Origin: Carcharhinus longimanus
Taxonomy: Eukaryota
Direction: 5' to 3'
Assembly (NCBI GenBank): GCA_030264375.1
Contig: JASCQW010000150.1
Span: forward strand, 28,024,121 to 28,086,931
Length of the DNA: 62,811 nt
The notes under the pieces were generated by a model that made no database searches, was not told the DNA's origin, and saw only the letters and a list, made by a program, of their open reading frames with translations. Numbering within the stretch: the first letter of the stretch is position 1; each line of letters opens with the position of its first letter. Made by a program: the position numbers and the translations under genes. Below are positions 36,721-50,709 of the stretch, piece after piece.

Positions 36721-38329
36721 TTTGCCAGCATTTTAAATTTGATAGCATTTGATAATTCTGACCAACAGTTATCAAAACACAACATTTACCCCTTCAAGTC
36801 TGCACCAGTGCTTTTTCAAGAAGCACCCAGTTTAAATGCACTCTTTCTTGTTCCTCCATCTCTCAATTATAGTTTTTCAAGAAACTTTTGGAAGAGTTTA
36901 TGAACGTGGCTTCAATAAAGATTTGTGGCAGACAATTCCCATTTTTAATAAAAAGCGCTTGGTCAAATAACTATTTCCAATCTCTCCTTTAATTCTAAAA
37001 TTTGTGCTCTTCATTTACTATCTCACTAATCAATGGACTGAAGCAAACTGCCAGCACACACACATGCCAAGTGACCCTCTGTGCTCGAAACATTGAAGGT
37101 CTGTATCATGATCCTGACAAGGTTTGTTTTTTTTTTACATGAACCATAATTGTCTGAAAAACTTACCCAAAGGCCTCAGGATCCAAGCACAGTTAAAGTC
37201 TTTTTCTGGGAATTATGAAATATGTGATTCCAAGTTTAACATCTCCTACTTGGGTGAATCTTTGCAACAGAAACCAATAATTTATTGAACTCCGTAAGTA
37301 ATAAAAATATTGTTCCAGAATCCAGTAAATTACAATCAAATTAACTTATGATGCTTTGGCGGTGATCTTATATAGTGGGAATGACAGCCTCCTCAGACTC
37401 AATCTATAAATCCCAGAACTCCAGTACTTCATCACAACATTCACAGGACAAGCTGATAATGCAGTTAAGAAATTGTATTGAAATAATTGCTTTGTAAATG
37501 TGGGTATTGAAAAAAAAACAAGGAAATCATTTGAGACCTTCACAGATCACTGGTCAGGTCTCAGCTGGAATATTGTATAGAACACTAGGCATCACATTTT
37601 AGGCAGGAAATTAAAGACTCGGAAAGGATATAAGGGAGGTTTATCAGGAATGAAAAACTTTAGTTATGTGGAGAGAATGGAATGCACCAACCTGTACCTA
37701 AAACAGTGGTAGGAACAGATTCCATAGGAACTTTCAAAAAGCACTTGTATTAACATGTAATTGTACAGGACTAATATACTGATTATGGGGTATGCCTCCA
37801 TCTATGTTGTAAAATATATCTGGAGTCATTGCTGAGAATTATTGTACAAAATGCAGCCACAAGCATTATCTATCTTGGGAACAGACTGCAAGATTAATTT
37901 GGATGAAGAGAGTGAATGAAGATTACCTTAAGCTCACCCATCTATAAACATTTATAGTCCCTTATGCACAGTTTTCTAAATGATTCCGAATATCTTGCAG
38001 GCAAGTTTAATCTAACTGTACTTGCATCTAAAAGTACTTACTCTCCACGTGAGGAAATTTTTGACAAATTGTAAGCTTGTCTTTCATTAGTTTGAACCCA
38101 TGCAAGAGGTCTCTTGTCCTCCAGTTACCACTTATCTTGAAGTAAAAGTCTCTCCCAATAACCTACATATACCAACCCAGACACCTTTTTTATGTAACCC
38201 ACAGGCAGCTATAACAAATCCCATAAATGATGCTCATTACAGACTTGGAAATATGGAGGAAGGGCGTCAGTAGCAAGAACAGGTTATAAATGACTCGCAA
38301 CCAATTATTTTGGTAAGTTTTAAACTTTT

Positions 38330-38980
38330 CCCCAGGAATCTGTCCTTTATCAGCTATCACTCTTTTCTCCACAATCCCCTGCTAACTCCTCCCTCTTATA
38401 ACAGTAATTTAGCTCATCTGCTCCCTGGCCTTTTCTTTGCATCCCTGCAATTCTTTTCCCTTCAAGGTGTCTTTTGTAAAGATATTTGTAAACCATGACT
38501 GAATCTGCCTCCATTACCTTTTCCGAAAGCGCTTTCCAGATCGTAACTACCCACAGCATTATAAAAGTTACTTCGCATATGACTATTTTTGCAAACCATT
38601 TTCAATCGGTGTCTCGATCTTTCTGCCTGTGGGAATAGCTTCTGTCCATCTACGCTGTCGAGATCCCTCATGATCTTCAGTACCTCTACCAAATGCCCTC
38701 TTGAAAACTCCAATCTTCTTCAATCTACCTCTGGACCCATTATTTTCTGCATCTGCTCTAAAGTTTTCATATTCTTCCTGAAATACAGTGCCAAGAATTG
38801 GTTATGATACCCCTGCTGAGGTCAAACTAGTGTTTTATAAAGGTTCTTTATTTCTTCTTTATTTTGTACCGTATACCTAAACTCAGATTGCCTTATGACT
38901 TTTTCACCACTTTGTTAACCTGCCTTGCCATCTTCAACTATTTGTGCATTTATATCCCCCAGGTATATCTGCTCCTGTAA
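38330..38980 (-). mobile_element. Degraded CR1 3' fragment
   Basis: ORF 38462..38713 (RGHLVEVLKIMRDLDSVDGQKLFP) and WKALSEKVMEADS. Confidence 0.75.
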
Positions 38981-40425
38981 TGTACTGGACTACATCACTG
39001 CAGTGGTGCCCAATGTAATTACACCATCGAAGTAGTTCTTTTCCCAAGGCAATTAATTAATGCTGCCTGCTCGAGGTAGATTATGAAACGTTTGAAATGT
39101 AAAAGCCGATGCATAATTTTAAAAAGTGGGGAAGGACTATCACCGCCTGGTTATGAACTCTTACAGCAAAAGAATTTCACCCCTTCAAATCTGTATGCAA
39201 AGGTCAGGCAAATATGTGCCTCCTGATAGTAAACTTGTAGATACCAAATAATTTCAAGTTCTAAAATTATATTTTCACAGATAAAGATGAACTCACAGAT
39301 GCATTAACTGTTGATACCATTTATATTTTAGAAAGTAAACTTATTGTCTTCTAAAATAAATCTTGTTACTTATAACATTGACGAAATTTTCAAGGATAAA
39401 TTACGTTGCCTACTACAAACTTAAAGAAAAGCAAATGCCAAGAATGCTCACATCATCCTACCATTGTGAGAGTTATAATTCTGAGTGGCTAATAACTGTG
39501 GGTCAGATTTTGAAGAAAGAAAGACAGCACTGGGATGCTGCATACTGTTATTAAACTGCAAATCAGCCTGCAACTTGTGGAGAGCGAAATAAGTCTTGAA
39601 TTGCAAATCACTACAACGAGCTGGCTGACAGCAATGCTCCATTATTGTGAAAAGATAAGTCTAGCAATTAATAATGTAAGTGCCAGTTTAAAGATGTCAT
39701 AATTGTTAATGACGGCTTGCTCAGAAAATAAGCAAAAGTATGAATTTCATTCTTTCAAGTTTTGAATTGTTGCTGGAAATTTTCAAAACGTAAAAATTGC
39801 CTTTTTTTTGCTTTTAGTAAAATGTCTTATAATCCAACGTATCCCCCTCTTTTAAATTATCTTTCTGTTCATATTTTGATCTTGATTCACCAACTCTAAT
39901 TCACTTTCCTTCTCAGTCTTTCCTCTGCTTATTTCTCAATCCTTTAATCTACTTAAGATAGGCTGTTTATCCCCTCATTCTCCAAAATCCCAAATACCCT
40001 GCTGCCCTGTTATCAGCAAGCACTAGCAGCAACTTCATGGGTGTTTTTTTTTGAAAGGTGGAAAAGGTTAACTAACACAACACAATATGCCACATTTAAA
40101 TAAAAACTGGGATTTTTTTTAGTGCCCAATTAACCTCAAGTTATTCTGATCCAAATTGCCAGTACCTCCCCCGAGCTTGTCCAATCCCTGAACAAGTTCC
40201 AAGGTAATTTAGTGATTTGCAAAATACCACCAATTTCTGTAAATTTCTAATCTATTTCACTGGAGTATGTTCCTTTTCGTTTCATGAGGAACCAATCCTG
40301 ATCTCCTTTAGATTGCACTACTGTATCTTTAAGCCAAATTCTCTCGCATTTCTGGATTCAATTACCCCAACATTCTCTCATCTCAAACATGGTGTCTTTG
40401 AGAAGTTCCTTGTATTTATTGTTAC

Positions 40426-40470
40426 CTTGTTTGACGGCGGTGTAGGCGAGGTCATTGGTTCAAGTTTTTC
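40426..40470 (-). CDS. RANBP3: Probable RANBP3 cassette exon 3 (EKLEPMTSPTPPSNK)
   Basis: CTGCTGTGTTTATAG|GAAAAA...AACAAG|GTAACA. 45 nt, symmetric phase 0-0, fits between exons 2 and 4 with no stop. Keeps 3 CpGs in an AT-rich, CpG-poor intron. No homology that I can recall. Confidence 0.65.
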
Positions 40471-43143
40471 CTATAAACACAGCAGTTATGATAAACATTT
40501 TTAAAATTCTAAATATAAAAATCAAAATTCAATACAATACTTTAAATATAATTTAACTTAATACAGTACAATATAAAACAGAAGTACAAATTAACAAGTA
40601 GGACACTGGATAATATTTTAAACTTTTTCTCAACAAATTCCTACTTTGTGCTCTTTCAGTGAGGCACGGCACATCTTTTGGTAACTCATTCAAATAGTTG
40701 TAAATCTCAAGAGTGGGCTTTGCAAGCTCATTAAACTTCTTGTAGACTGAGAGATGGCAAATGAGAAACATGATAGCCAGAACTGACCCAGTTTTCATCT
40801 GATATCTTGGTACAGTTCCAGGAGATGACAGGATATCAAACAGGGTCCAAAATCATTGCCAATTCTCTTCTTAATTCAGATGTGGCAGCCAATAATAAAT
40901 GCTCCGACCTCATTCCAACTGAAATTGGCTACTAATCACAGACTAGAGATCAAGCCTGGGATCTTACTGGTCTGTATAGATGGCCTATTCACTAGGTAAA
41001 CCTGACAAACCATTTGGGAGAGTACATTTTAACACTTAAAGCAAACATGAAGCAAAGTCAAATAATAGGTAGAGGGGATACAGGGAATAGAGAAACAGAG
41101 GTTTATTTTCATTGAGACCCCAAGATGAAGCAGCAAGCCCATAATGAATAACACCAATATAGAAGGGCAAACAATAGCAAAGTAAAAAGTACAGTACACA
41201 GGCTTAAAAATCAGAGAAAGAAAAGAAAATAATCTTTATATCAAGTTCTTCAAAATGTTCTCTTACTGAATCACTAACATTTAAGGAAGGGTCACAACAT
41301 ATTGAAAGATACCAACAGCGTTGTAAAGGATAGGTTAAAATACAAAATAAGTCCAGAAGTAGTGGTTAGCTGACATCCAGCTTAGTTGCACTTGCAAATA
41401 AAATGTGGAAAACTGTTTTTGAATGGCTAAAAAACAGAATTCCACAATCCAAGTAATCAACAAGGGGAAGATCAAGATTTGATCTGGTTGGATCAACCAA
41501 TAGACCACTAAGCTAGTTATACACTAAGGCTGCTTAAATTTGAATCACAGAACTGAGGGGGTAAAGATGGGGGCTGTACCAGGAGAACAATAAAGATGGG
41601 AGACAATTGGTCCTACTGGCAACAAGAATATTGAAGNNNNNNNNNNNNNNNNNNNNNNNNNNNNNNNNNNNNNNNNNNNNNNNNNNNNNNNNNNNNNNNN
41701 NNNNNNNNNNNNNNNNNNNNNNNNNNNNNNNNNNNNGAATATTGAAGTAAAGGGCAAAAGAGTAGTTAAGCAAAGCAACAAGCAGAGAGCTAAAATTGAG
41801 GGATCTGGGAATTTTGACAAATAGGTGACTTGAGGGAGAGGTTTTGCATAGATAATTGCATTGGGATTAAAGGACAGTAGTAAGATGTGGGTGGTGACGG
41901 AGAAGAGAATGTGGTTAAAAATTATTTTGTCAATGATTGAGACTACAGATGCAAAGGGCGCCAGAAAGAACAAAGTTATTGAGATTGTGGAACATAGGGG
42001 GGTTTACTGAAGTGGAAAATGAAAAGAAAGCACTGAATTTGGAGAAGAGAAGCAAAGGGGGTTGAGATCAGAGACTGTAGTCACCAAGGATGAGGAGAGG
42101 CTTGGTACAAGAACAAAGGAAAGAGAGAGAAGAGAGATGATCTCAGTGAGGGCATCATTGTGGGTCTTGGAGATGTAGATTATGATGTTTTCAAATGAAT
42201 GGCAAGAATAGAGGAGAAGGCATCATCAAAAGGGAACCTACTGTTCATGTAAGGAGAACAGCTTTGGTATGACAGCTGCGTCACTACAATGGAAAATTAG
42301 ATAGGGCAGTGAAAATATCAGCACAGATGGACTTAAAAATGCACTGGACATATCATAAGCACTCCCTGTGNNNNNNNNNNNNNNNNNNNNNNNNNNNNNN
42401 NNNNNNNNNNNNNNNNNNNNNNNNNNNNNNNNNNNNNNNNNNNNNNNNNNNNNNNNNNNNNNNNNNNNNNGACATATCATAAGCACTCCCTGTGGTAATA
42501 TTTCATGCTCTAACAACCCTTTCCTGCTAAAAAAAAATTACTCCTAAACTCCTTCCTCATTCTCAGCAAGAATTTTTAATGGATCAGCGCTTGTCACTGA
42601 TTTTCTGACTGGAAGGAACAGTCCTTACCTGTTAACTTCATGAATTTTAAAGCCTCTATTAAACCTTCATTTGGTTTTGTCAGCTCTGGTGGAAATCATC
42701 CTATTATCACAGGTCTCATCTCAGGCTAGTTTCTAATGTCATCCTAGTAAATCCAAACCGTAATTACTTGAAATCCCAGGTGGTTCTGTCGTGCCTGTCC
42801 ATTAAGCACCTACTTGCCTTTTCTCCTAAAATGTATTATCTCACTCATATCTACATTAAATTTCATCTGTCAGCTATACCCATGCTTTCCAACTTATGAA
42901 TTACTGGTACCTTTCTACCTCATTTTTTGGTAAACATTTTACTTTTGTAATTTTAACTGTGTTTCTTATATCTGATATATTTTTATTTATTAAATACATA
43001 CACATGCATAAAGTCATCTAAAGTTCATCTAGCAGACTACTGAAGACTACCATTTCCAACTTTTCTCAAAACTAAGCAACATCCATTCCTTGTTTCCTGT
43101 TCACCAACCAACTGGATTTCAACGTTGCTACATTTGTGAGGCA

Positions 43144-43468
43144 CCTGGCACTGTGAAGCAGCAGTGTCAAGAATCTGGGTTCAATCCCAGCCTTAGGTGA
43201 TCATCTGTGTAGAGTCTACACATTCTCCTCATGTCTGCAGGGGTTTACTCCGGGTGATCCAGTTTCCTCCGATAATCCAAAGATGTGTAGATTAGTTGGA
43301 TTGGCCATGTTAAATTGCCCCTTAGTGTCTAAAGATGTGTAGGTCTTAGATGGATTAGTCATGGCAAATGCATGAGGTTATGGGGATTGGGCAAAGGGGA
43401 AGGTCTGGTTCAGATACACTTTTGGAGTCAAATGGCCTCTTTCTTCTACTGTAGGAATTCTACGATTC
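43144..43468 (+). mobile_element. HE1 SINE with an inverted 5' head segment
   Basis: Plus-strand body from CTGGGTTCAATCCC to GGAATTCTACGATT, preceded by an antisense head piece CCTGGCACTGTGAAGCAGCAGTG. Confidence 0.82.
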
Positions 43469-44449
43469 CCTCTTGTATCATACACCTAATGTCGCAAAGC
43501 ACTTCAAAGTAATTAATGGGTTGTAAGTGGTTTGTAAGAAATTTTACAGAAATAATATTGGGTCAGATTTTGCTGCAGATGAAGAGTGCTCACTATTATT
43601 ATTATTGACCAAACCAGACAGCAACTTCAGTACACATACACAGTTAAATCTGGAAATTGTCATCCTAGATGCACTGTTTTCTTTAAGCTGTGCAAAAACT
43701 GCATCTTGTCATCGTGATTCCCATTCAAACATATTGAATGACATGAAGTTTCTGTCTTGACATTGTAGATACTGATTAAATTTATTACAACAGTTAGGCT
43801 TGTCCATTCCAGTTTAAGTACCCTTCTCAGACTGTAAGTCTTAATTACTGCCAAACACCGAAAATTAACTTTTACAAAGCGGGAACTCATGCAGATGTTT
43901 AAAATTAAATAATTAAATTCTGGCTCCTATATATCTCTTTCAGTCAATCTTTTCTTCCTGTGATTTATTTTACTTTCTGTACTGGATATGGCATTGAATT
44001 TAGTACTCATAGCACATACTCCCCAGTTCAAACTCTGTGCTGCCTACTAACAAATTTATGAACTGTATGGTTTACAAGATACACTGTTATTTGCCCAATT
44101 CACAAGACCTCAGATGCTTTGTCGAGAGCACTGGACTGTTTGGTTGATAACAACTTGCTATGCAAGAATCCTAAAGGCAAGTGTAAGCCTAATGAACACC
44201 ATAGCCTTTCATTCCATTGATACTCATCATTAATGCTGATCACAAAATCAGCAGGCCTCCACATACAAAATAAACATTTATACTACAGGTTTCCAAGTTC
44301 ACTTAACCACAAATGCAGTGTTTTGGAAGAATGCCATGCTAGACTAGTCAGGTTTGACAACAGGAATAGAAATTGATATTCTGATAGATACGAGAAGCTC
44401 CTGGAATTTACTTGCTGCTGCTGAGCCATGTGGTGTCATTGTATAGAGA

Positions 44450-44495
44450 ATATATATATATATATATATAATGTGTGTGTTTATGTATATATATA
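44450..44495. repeat. (TA)n/(TG)n microsatellite
   Basis: ATATATATATATATATATATA ATGTGTGTGT TTATGTATATATATAT. Confidence 0.9.
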
Positions 44496-45309
44496 TTTAC
44501 AACAATCGGTATGGTTTCATGGTTATTATTGAACTTTAAATCCAGCCTTTTCTTATTGAATTCAAATGTCACCATCTGCCATTATGAGATTCTAATCAGA
44601 AACCCCAGAGATCTCTGATAATACAACTACACCATACTTGTATGGGGATGGATTTAGCAGACAAAGCGGAGCAAAATAATGAACTTATGCTGCAGCCATC
44701 ATATCTGTTGCATAGAAAGACATGGCCATTTAGGGGAGGGGAGCAGATCCAATGACTGATGCACCATAAAGAAAGCAGCACAAAGTCAATGGAGTGGAAA
44801 TGCCAATCCAAGCAGGAGTTTTGTTACCTTGTTCCAAACAACATGACTGAATTTCCTTTCTTCCCTATTACTCCTAATCTAGTGTAGAGCATCTCTTGCA
44901 TAAATGCTGCCCTTCCTGCGAGAGTGAGAAAAACAGGGAGCGAGAGAGAGAGCAGCATGGAGAATATTAGACATATGGTGAGGGGAGGAGATTAACATCA
45001 TATAACGGGAGGGAGTCTGGCCAAAGGTCTTCCCGGAAATACAAGCCAAGGAGAAGGACCTAAATGACAGAAAATACTATAGCATAATATTATGGGAAAA
45101 CTTAGAAAATGGCTCCAGGCATTAACACTGCAGCTTGGGCATTTTCAAACGTCAATCAACAGTAAAGCTGGATTTTCTGTGCAACAGGAGTGTGACAGCT
45201 GATTACTCAATCTGAAGCAGAGTAATCAATAAAAGTGACAGGGAATGGTACAATTAGAGAAACAGAAAATCAAATTTATTACTGAAATGAGCTGAGTAGG
45301 ATGTAAGAG

Positions 45310-45477
45310 GTGTGCAGATTTGATGGATTGGCCATGCTAAATTGCCCCTTAGTTTCACAAGACGCGTAGGTTAGAAGGTTTAGCAAAGCAAATGTGCTGG
45401 GTCGAATGCTCTATCAGAGAGTCGGTGCAGATTCAATAGGCCAAATAGGATCCCTCTGCATGGTAAGCATTCTATGA
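45310..45477 (+). mobile_element. 5'-truncated HE1 SINE
   Basis: GGATTGGCCATGCTAAATTGCCCCTTAG...AGAGTCGGTGCAGATTCAATAGGCCAAAT...ATTCTATG. Confidence 0.75.
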
Positions 45478-46159
45478 AATACACCACTGGCTCAAGGAAG
45501 TAATTGTGTGACAAATTTACAGAGGCAATTTCGAGCATAAATGTGGCTAAATGAATAAGTGAATGCATGCCAAATTTTACTATGGTCAAGATATATAGGT
45601 TACTGCAATAAAATACAAAATAACATTGGATGCCCTGGATTTAAACTGTAAAAATGCATTGAGCACATCAACAATTTAATAGTTCAGGAAGGAAATTATG
45701 TAATGGGGAAGTGTGCTGTATAGAAATTTGCTTTCAACAAGATGCAAAGTAGTTCCTCCTTAGTGGCAGATATTAAGAAACAATTAACACATAATCATCA
45801 GCTCTTACATTGCTTAAGGATACATCCATTAAAAAATGTGAGAATATAAACAAAGGATTCAGATAGAGGCGACACAATTAATCACTTGCCTACGCCCCCA
45901 CTTTCTTTCCAGGCTACAATTCCTGACCTCTGCGCCTTTTAAGGTTATTGCCTTTTCTTTATTTCCATTGATTTTTAAGAACTTTTATTACACATGTCAA
46001 CAAATCACCCAGCAAAAAGCAACATAAAGGGGCAGGAAAGAAACAACAGAGGGGGCCAGTTCAAGAATGTATAGAAGCAAAACACTGCAACTCAAAGCCC
46101 TAGCTTAGAGACTCAAATTTCAAGAAAGCAAGGCAAGTCCAGTCCAAGACCCCAGAGGT

Positions 46160-46925
46160 ATTATAGTTGGCAGAGTGAGAGGTCTGTGGGTTCAAGTACC
46201 ACTTCAGGGCTTGAACATAAAAATGAAGGTTGATTCTTCAGTGCAGTACTGAGGGAGTGCTGCATTATTGGACATGCCGAGATTTGGATTAGGTGTTAGA
46301 GATGTCCCATCTGTCTTGCAGATGGATGTAAAAGATCCTAATAGCACTATCTCAAAGAAGAGCAGGGGAGTTGTTTCTGGCATCCTGGTCGATATTCAAT
46401 CCTCAACAATCATCACTAAAACTGATTATCTCGTATCATGTTCCTGTTTGTGGGACCTTGCTGTGTGGAAATTGGATGTTGCATTTCCTACATTACCGCA
46501 GTAGCTACACATCAAAAGTGTTTATAACTTCATAAGTTCGTAAGATATAGGAGCAGAATTAAGCCATTCAGTACATCAAGTCCACTCCACCATTTGATCA
46601 TGGCTGATATGCTCCTCATCCTCATTTTGCTGCTTTCTCCCCATAACCTTTCAACCCATTACCAATTAAAAATCTATCTAATTCCTCCTCAAACTTACTC
46701 ACTGCCCCAGCATCCACCACACACTGGGATAGTGAATTTCATAGATTCACAACCCTTTGGGAAAAGTAGTTTCTCCTCAACTCTGTTTTAAATTTGCTAC
46801 TCCTTATTTAAAACTATGACCTCTCATCTGAGAATGCCCACAAGAGGAAGCATCCTCTCTATATCCGTACATTAACTGGCTTTGGAAGGTATTATGGTGA
46901 GAAAAGGTTCTATACAAATGTAAAT
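46160..46925 (+). mobile_element. Deu-domain SINE interrupted by an antisense CR1 tail (~46530-46865)
   Basis: GTGGGTTCAAGT B-box, CAGTGCAGTACTGAGGGAGTGCTGCA, GGATGTAAAAGATCC...AAGAAGAGCAGGGGAGTT. The SINE tail resumes at ~46870 (TGGCTTTGG...CTATACAAATG). Confidence 0.8.
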
Positions 46926-47089
46926 CATTTTAGTTGTGGAGAGGCCCCTGGCAGCAGATAGATTGTACAATGGCAGCGATTAGACAACAAAGTTGGGGTT
47001 GTTTTAATAATGGGATTTTAACTTGCATATAGACTGAGATGATCAGAATAGCTTATGTCAGAAAAATCATGAAATTACTGATTTGATAG

Positions 47090-47740
47090 TATTCATGCCA
47101 CAGATGGTAATGACCATCTTCAACGAGAAAGAGTCAAACTACCTCCTCTGCCATTCAATGGGAAACCCCACCTTCAACATCTGGGGTCACCACTAAACAT
47201 AAACTAACTGGAGAAATACATTCATATATTGAGGCTACAAGAGCTGTTCAGAGGCTGAGCATTCTCCGTTGAGTAACTTATCACCAGACTCCCAAAGCCT
47301 TTCCAGTATTTACATGTCAGGAGTGTGATGAAATATTCTATAATTGCATGCATGAATGCAGCTCCAATAATACTCATGGAACTTGACACCATTCAGGACA
47401 AAGCAGCGAACTTGACTGGCACCCACCATGTTTATGAATTTATTCCCTCCCACCAGTCTAGCATCCACAAAATACACTGCAGCAACAAATTCATCAAGAT
47501 TTCTTCAAGAGCACCTTCCAAACCCACAACCTCTACTACATTGACAAAGGGCAATAAATGTATGGGATAACCACCATTTGCATGTGTCCTTCAAGTTATA
47601 CACAATTCTGACTTGGAATTACATTGTTGATCATTCATTATCACTGGGCCAAATTACCAGAACATCCTACTTCACAGCGACATGTGTGCATCTACTCTTC
47701 AAGAAGATGGCTCACCATCACCTTCCAGAGAGTAACTAGC
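47090..47740 (+). mobile_element. L2/CR1-group LINE 3' fragment
   Basis: ORF 47325..47570 (VMKYS...MNAAP...LDTIQDKAANL...IHKIHCSN), same family as the 7730 copy. Confidence 0.7.
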
Positions 47741-47759
47741 AAAAACAATTCAATTTTCG

Positions 47760-48930
47760 ACCTATTAAAATAGCCAGCATAGATTTATAAAAGATAAGTC
47801 ATACCTGACTAATTTGAAGAAGCTTTTTGAAGAGGAAATGACCAAGTCAACATGAACTTCCAGAAACTGTCTACTGAAGTCCTTCATAAGAGATTAAGTA
47901 AAATTGAAGTTCATGAAATCCAAAGTCAAACAATTTATCTGATTAGAGAACTGGACAAGTGTGGGAGACAGAGAAAGAATAACGGATAGATAGTCTAATC
48001 GACAGGATGTGATTAGTGGTGTTCAACAAGAATCTGCATCGTGGGTCTCAAGAACTGAGATGATGGGTAGAGAGCCACCTAGCCAACTTTGTAAATGACA
48101 CAAAGATAGCCAGCACTTTAAGCAATGTAGTAGGGAAGCTAAAACTACAGAGAAATATTAGCAAGTTATGAACAAAACTTTGTAAAATGGATTTCAATAA
48201 AGGCAAATATGAGATAATCCACTTTCTAAATGGTAAAAAGCTACAAACAGTGAAAGTCCAATGAGACAGTGTACATGGGGGAGATTTGTGTACACAAATC
48301 ATTAAAATGTCCCATTCAATTTTGACAAATATTCAAAAAAATAATGGAATGCAGGTACTAACATTCAAAAGACCAAAACATAAATAGGTAGAAGTTATGC
48401 TTCAGCTATTCAAAGCCTTGGACAGACCACACCTGAGTACTGTGGACAATTCCAAGCACCACGCACTGTAATGAATATATTGGTATTGGAGATAGTGCAG
48501 CCAGATTGGTCAGAATGATACCTGGACTCCAAGGGTTAAATTACAAGGAAAGTTTACACAAATTAAGGTTGCATTCTCTGGAATTCATAAGGTTAAGAGT
48601 TAATTTGATTTTTAAGATGTTACAGGGAGTTCATAGATAAGTTATTTATGCTGTTTGGGCAGGCCAGGGCTATGGATATAGTCTAAAAATTAGACCAAGG
48701 CCTTTCTCTCAGGACTGAAATTTACAAACACCCAAAGGGTGCCTGGATTTTGTAACTCTTTCAGAAAACAGCAATTATGTGAGGTGATTTGTAAATCTGA
48801 GATTATATTTTTATTAACCAAAATGTGAAGGGATACGGGGCAAAGGCAGGCATCTAGATTAGGCCACAGTTCAGCCATGATCATCAAATAATCAAACAGA
48901 TTTGAGGGGCTAAATTGTCTCCTCTTTTCT
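47760..48930 (+). mobile_element. CR1 LINE RT to 3' end, degraded
   Basis: Remnants: DKSYLTNL, SGVQQES, FVNDTKI and KALDRPHL, with tail GAGGGGCTAAATTGTCTCCTC. Confidence 0.8.
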
Positions 48931-49464
48931 TGGTGAAAGGTACTTTCTGTACCAATCCCTCTTGGAGGTCCCTTGTAAGTGTTTATCCAGCAATTGTCCA
49001 GTAGGGCTACCATCTTCTGGACAATTGTATTGGGCTGGGGGCTATCCAACAACGTGATTTAAATCCCATGTCCGAATCCCCACCTGGTGACGTCAGGAAG
49101 GTCATGCAAGACAGGCATTTTACATTTCAAACACAGATAAAAGTTACTACGGAGTGGCAATCCACCAATGATTGCCACTCCAAGGAAGTTATGGGTCAAT
49201 AATGCACAAATCAATGAGTGGAGTGACACTAGGAAACTGCCAAAATTTGGCAGAATTTAAATTGGTTTTTCATGGCCACAATACTCCAGGGAGATATGGA
49301 GGTTTCAAGTTTATCATCAGTTGACAGAGGAATGTGCAGGTTTAAAAGCATGGGGGAAGTGCTTGGTCTTGAATCTCAAAGCATGGCAAACAGGTTCTTA
49401 AGGTTTAAGAATATGATAGCTTTCTAAATTCTCAGAGCAGCTGCAGGTCTCAATAAAGAGGAAA

Positions 49465-49757
49465 GTTTAAAGTAAAAAAGTTTATATATGTGTCCCAAGT
49501 AGGTTTATATTAACACTTCAATGAAATCACTGAAAATTCCTTAGTCACCACACTCTGCCACCTGTTCGGGTACACTGAGGGAGAATTTAGCATGGCCAAT
49601 GCACCTAACCAGCATGTCCTTCAGACTGTGGGAGGAAACTGGAGCACCAGGAGGAAACCCATGCAAGCATGGGGAGAACGTGCAAATTCCACACAGACAG
49701 TGACCCAAGGTGGGAATCGAACCCGGGTCCCTGGCACTCTGAAGAAGCAGTGCCACA
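49465..49757 (-). mobile_element. tRNA-derived V-SINE (same subfamily as the 2245 copy)
   Basis: CCTGTTCGGGTACACTGAGGGAGAATTTAGCATGGCCAATGCACCTAACC...GGGAATCGAACCCGGGTCCCTGGC. Confidence 0.88.
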
Positions 49758-50399
49758 CCAATACCAGAGGGAAAAAGAGTTCAGATGTCTACAAAAAGGT
49801 GTGTGAAAAAGCAGTGACTTTTGAACCGGGGGTGCAGTTTTCTGAAATATAGTCATACTACAAAATATTCGAGGGACTAAAAGAAATTGGGGTCTTGTGG
49901 GCTGGCAGAATCTCAGATTGTTGGCAAGAAGGTATTGGGTTTCAGGAACAGAGAGGAGGTTTATGTCAGGAATGGGGGATAGAGGGCTCTGCTGCATTTG
50001 GTATGGCTAAAAGACTTCCAGGATCTAGTCACATTGTGATTGTCAAGCTCAAAATTCACAGAATACTCAGATCTGAGCAGTTCTTATACTCATGGCATTT
50101 ATGTGGCTGGTCACGTCAAGTTTCTATGCTAGTGGTGAGGGATTCCTTGATAGTAAGTCTTTGAAGGTTATGGGGAAGTAGTTAAATTCTCTCATGTTGG
50201 GGATTACCATTGCTGGTCAATTATATGGCGCAAAGGCTACTTTGTACTTATTACCCAAAGCCTGTGTCCAGGTCTTGCTGCATGCAATGATGGGTTGCTT
50301 CATGATGTGAGGTAATGGAATTGAACACTGCAATGACAATGCTGACCTGCTCATCTCCTACAAATGGCAAATGACCAGTTAAGCCTATCCTTATGAAGT

Positions 50400-50648
50400 T
50401 GATTGAGAATATTAGCCATGGCATCACATAATTCCACTGCTCTTCTTCATTACAGTGCCATGGGATCTTTCATATTCCCACATGGGGGCATATGGAGCCA
50501 TGGTTTAATGTCTTGTGAAAATCAGCACCTCTGATTCGTTCAACACTGCAGTAGAGTGGAGCCTTGATTTGTCTCCTCACGTGGGACTTGAACCTGCAAT
50601 CTTTGGACTCAAGAGATGAGTGCGCTACCAACTGAGCCACAGCTGACA
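50400..50648 (-). mobile_element. Deu-domain SINE 5' part
   Basis: Minus strand GTGGCTCAGTTGGTAGC (A-box), GGTTCAAGTCCCAC (B-box) and AAAGATCCCATGGCACT. Confidence 0.78.
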
Positions 50649-50709
50649 GCTAAAAAGAGCCAATATATTGTAACTATTGGAATCAGTTATTAAAATAGTG
50701 AAAAATGAA

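Noticed and set aside
39500-44100. Possible ancient DNA-transposon-like repeats starting GGGTCAGATTTTG (~39500 and ~43560), with similar old repeats near 30845 and 34100
   Set aside because: Too degraded to define ends or family without a repeat library.
44820-44870. Possible exon ending AACAAG|GTAACA in intron 2
   Set aside because: The upstream acceptor is purine-rich with no polypyrimidine tract, the length (37 nt) is not frame-preserving, and there is no homology.
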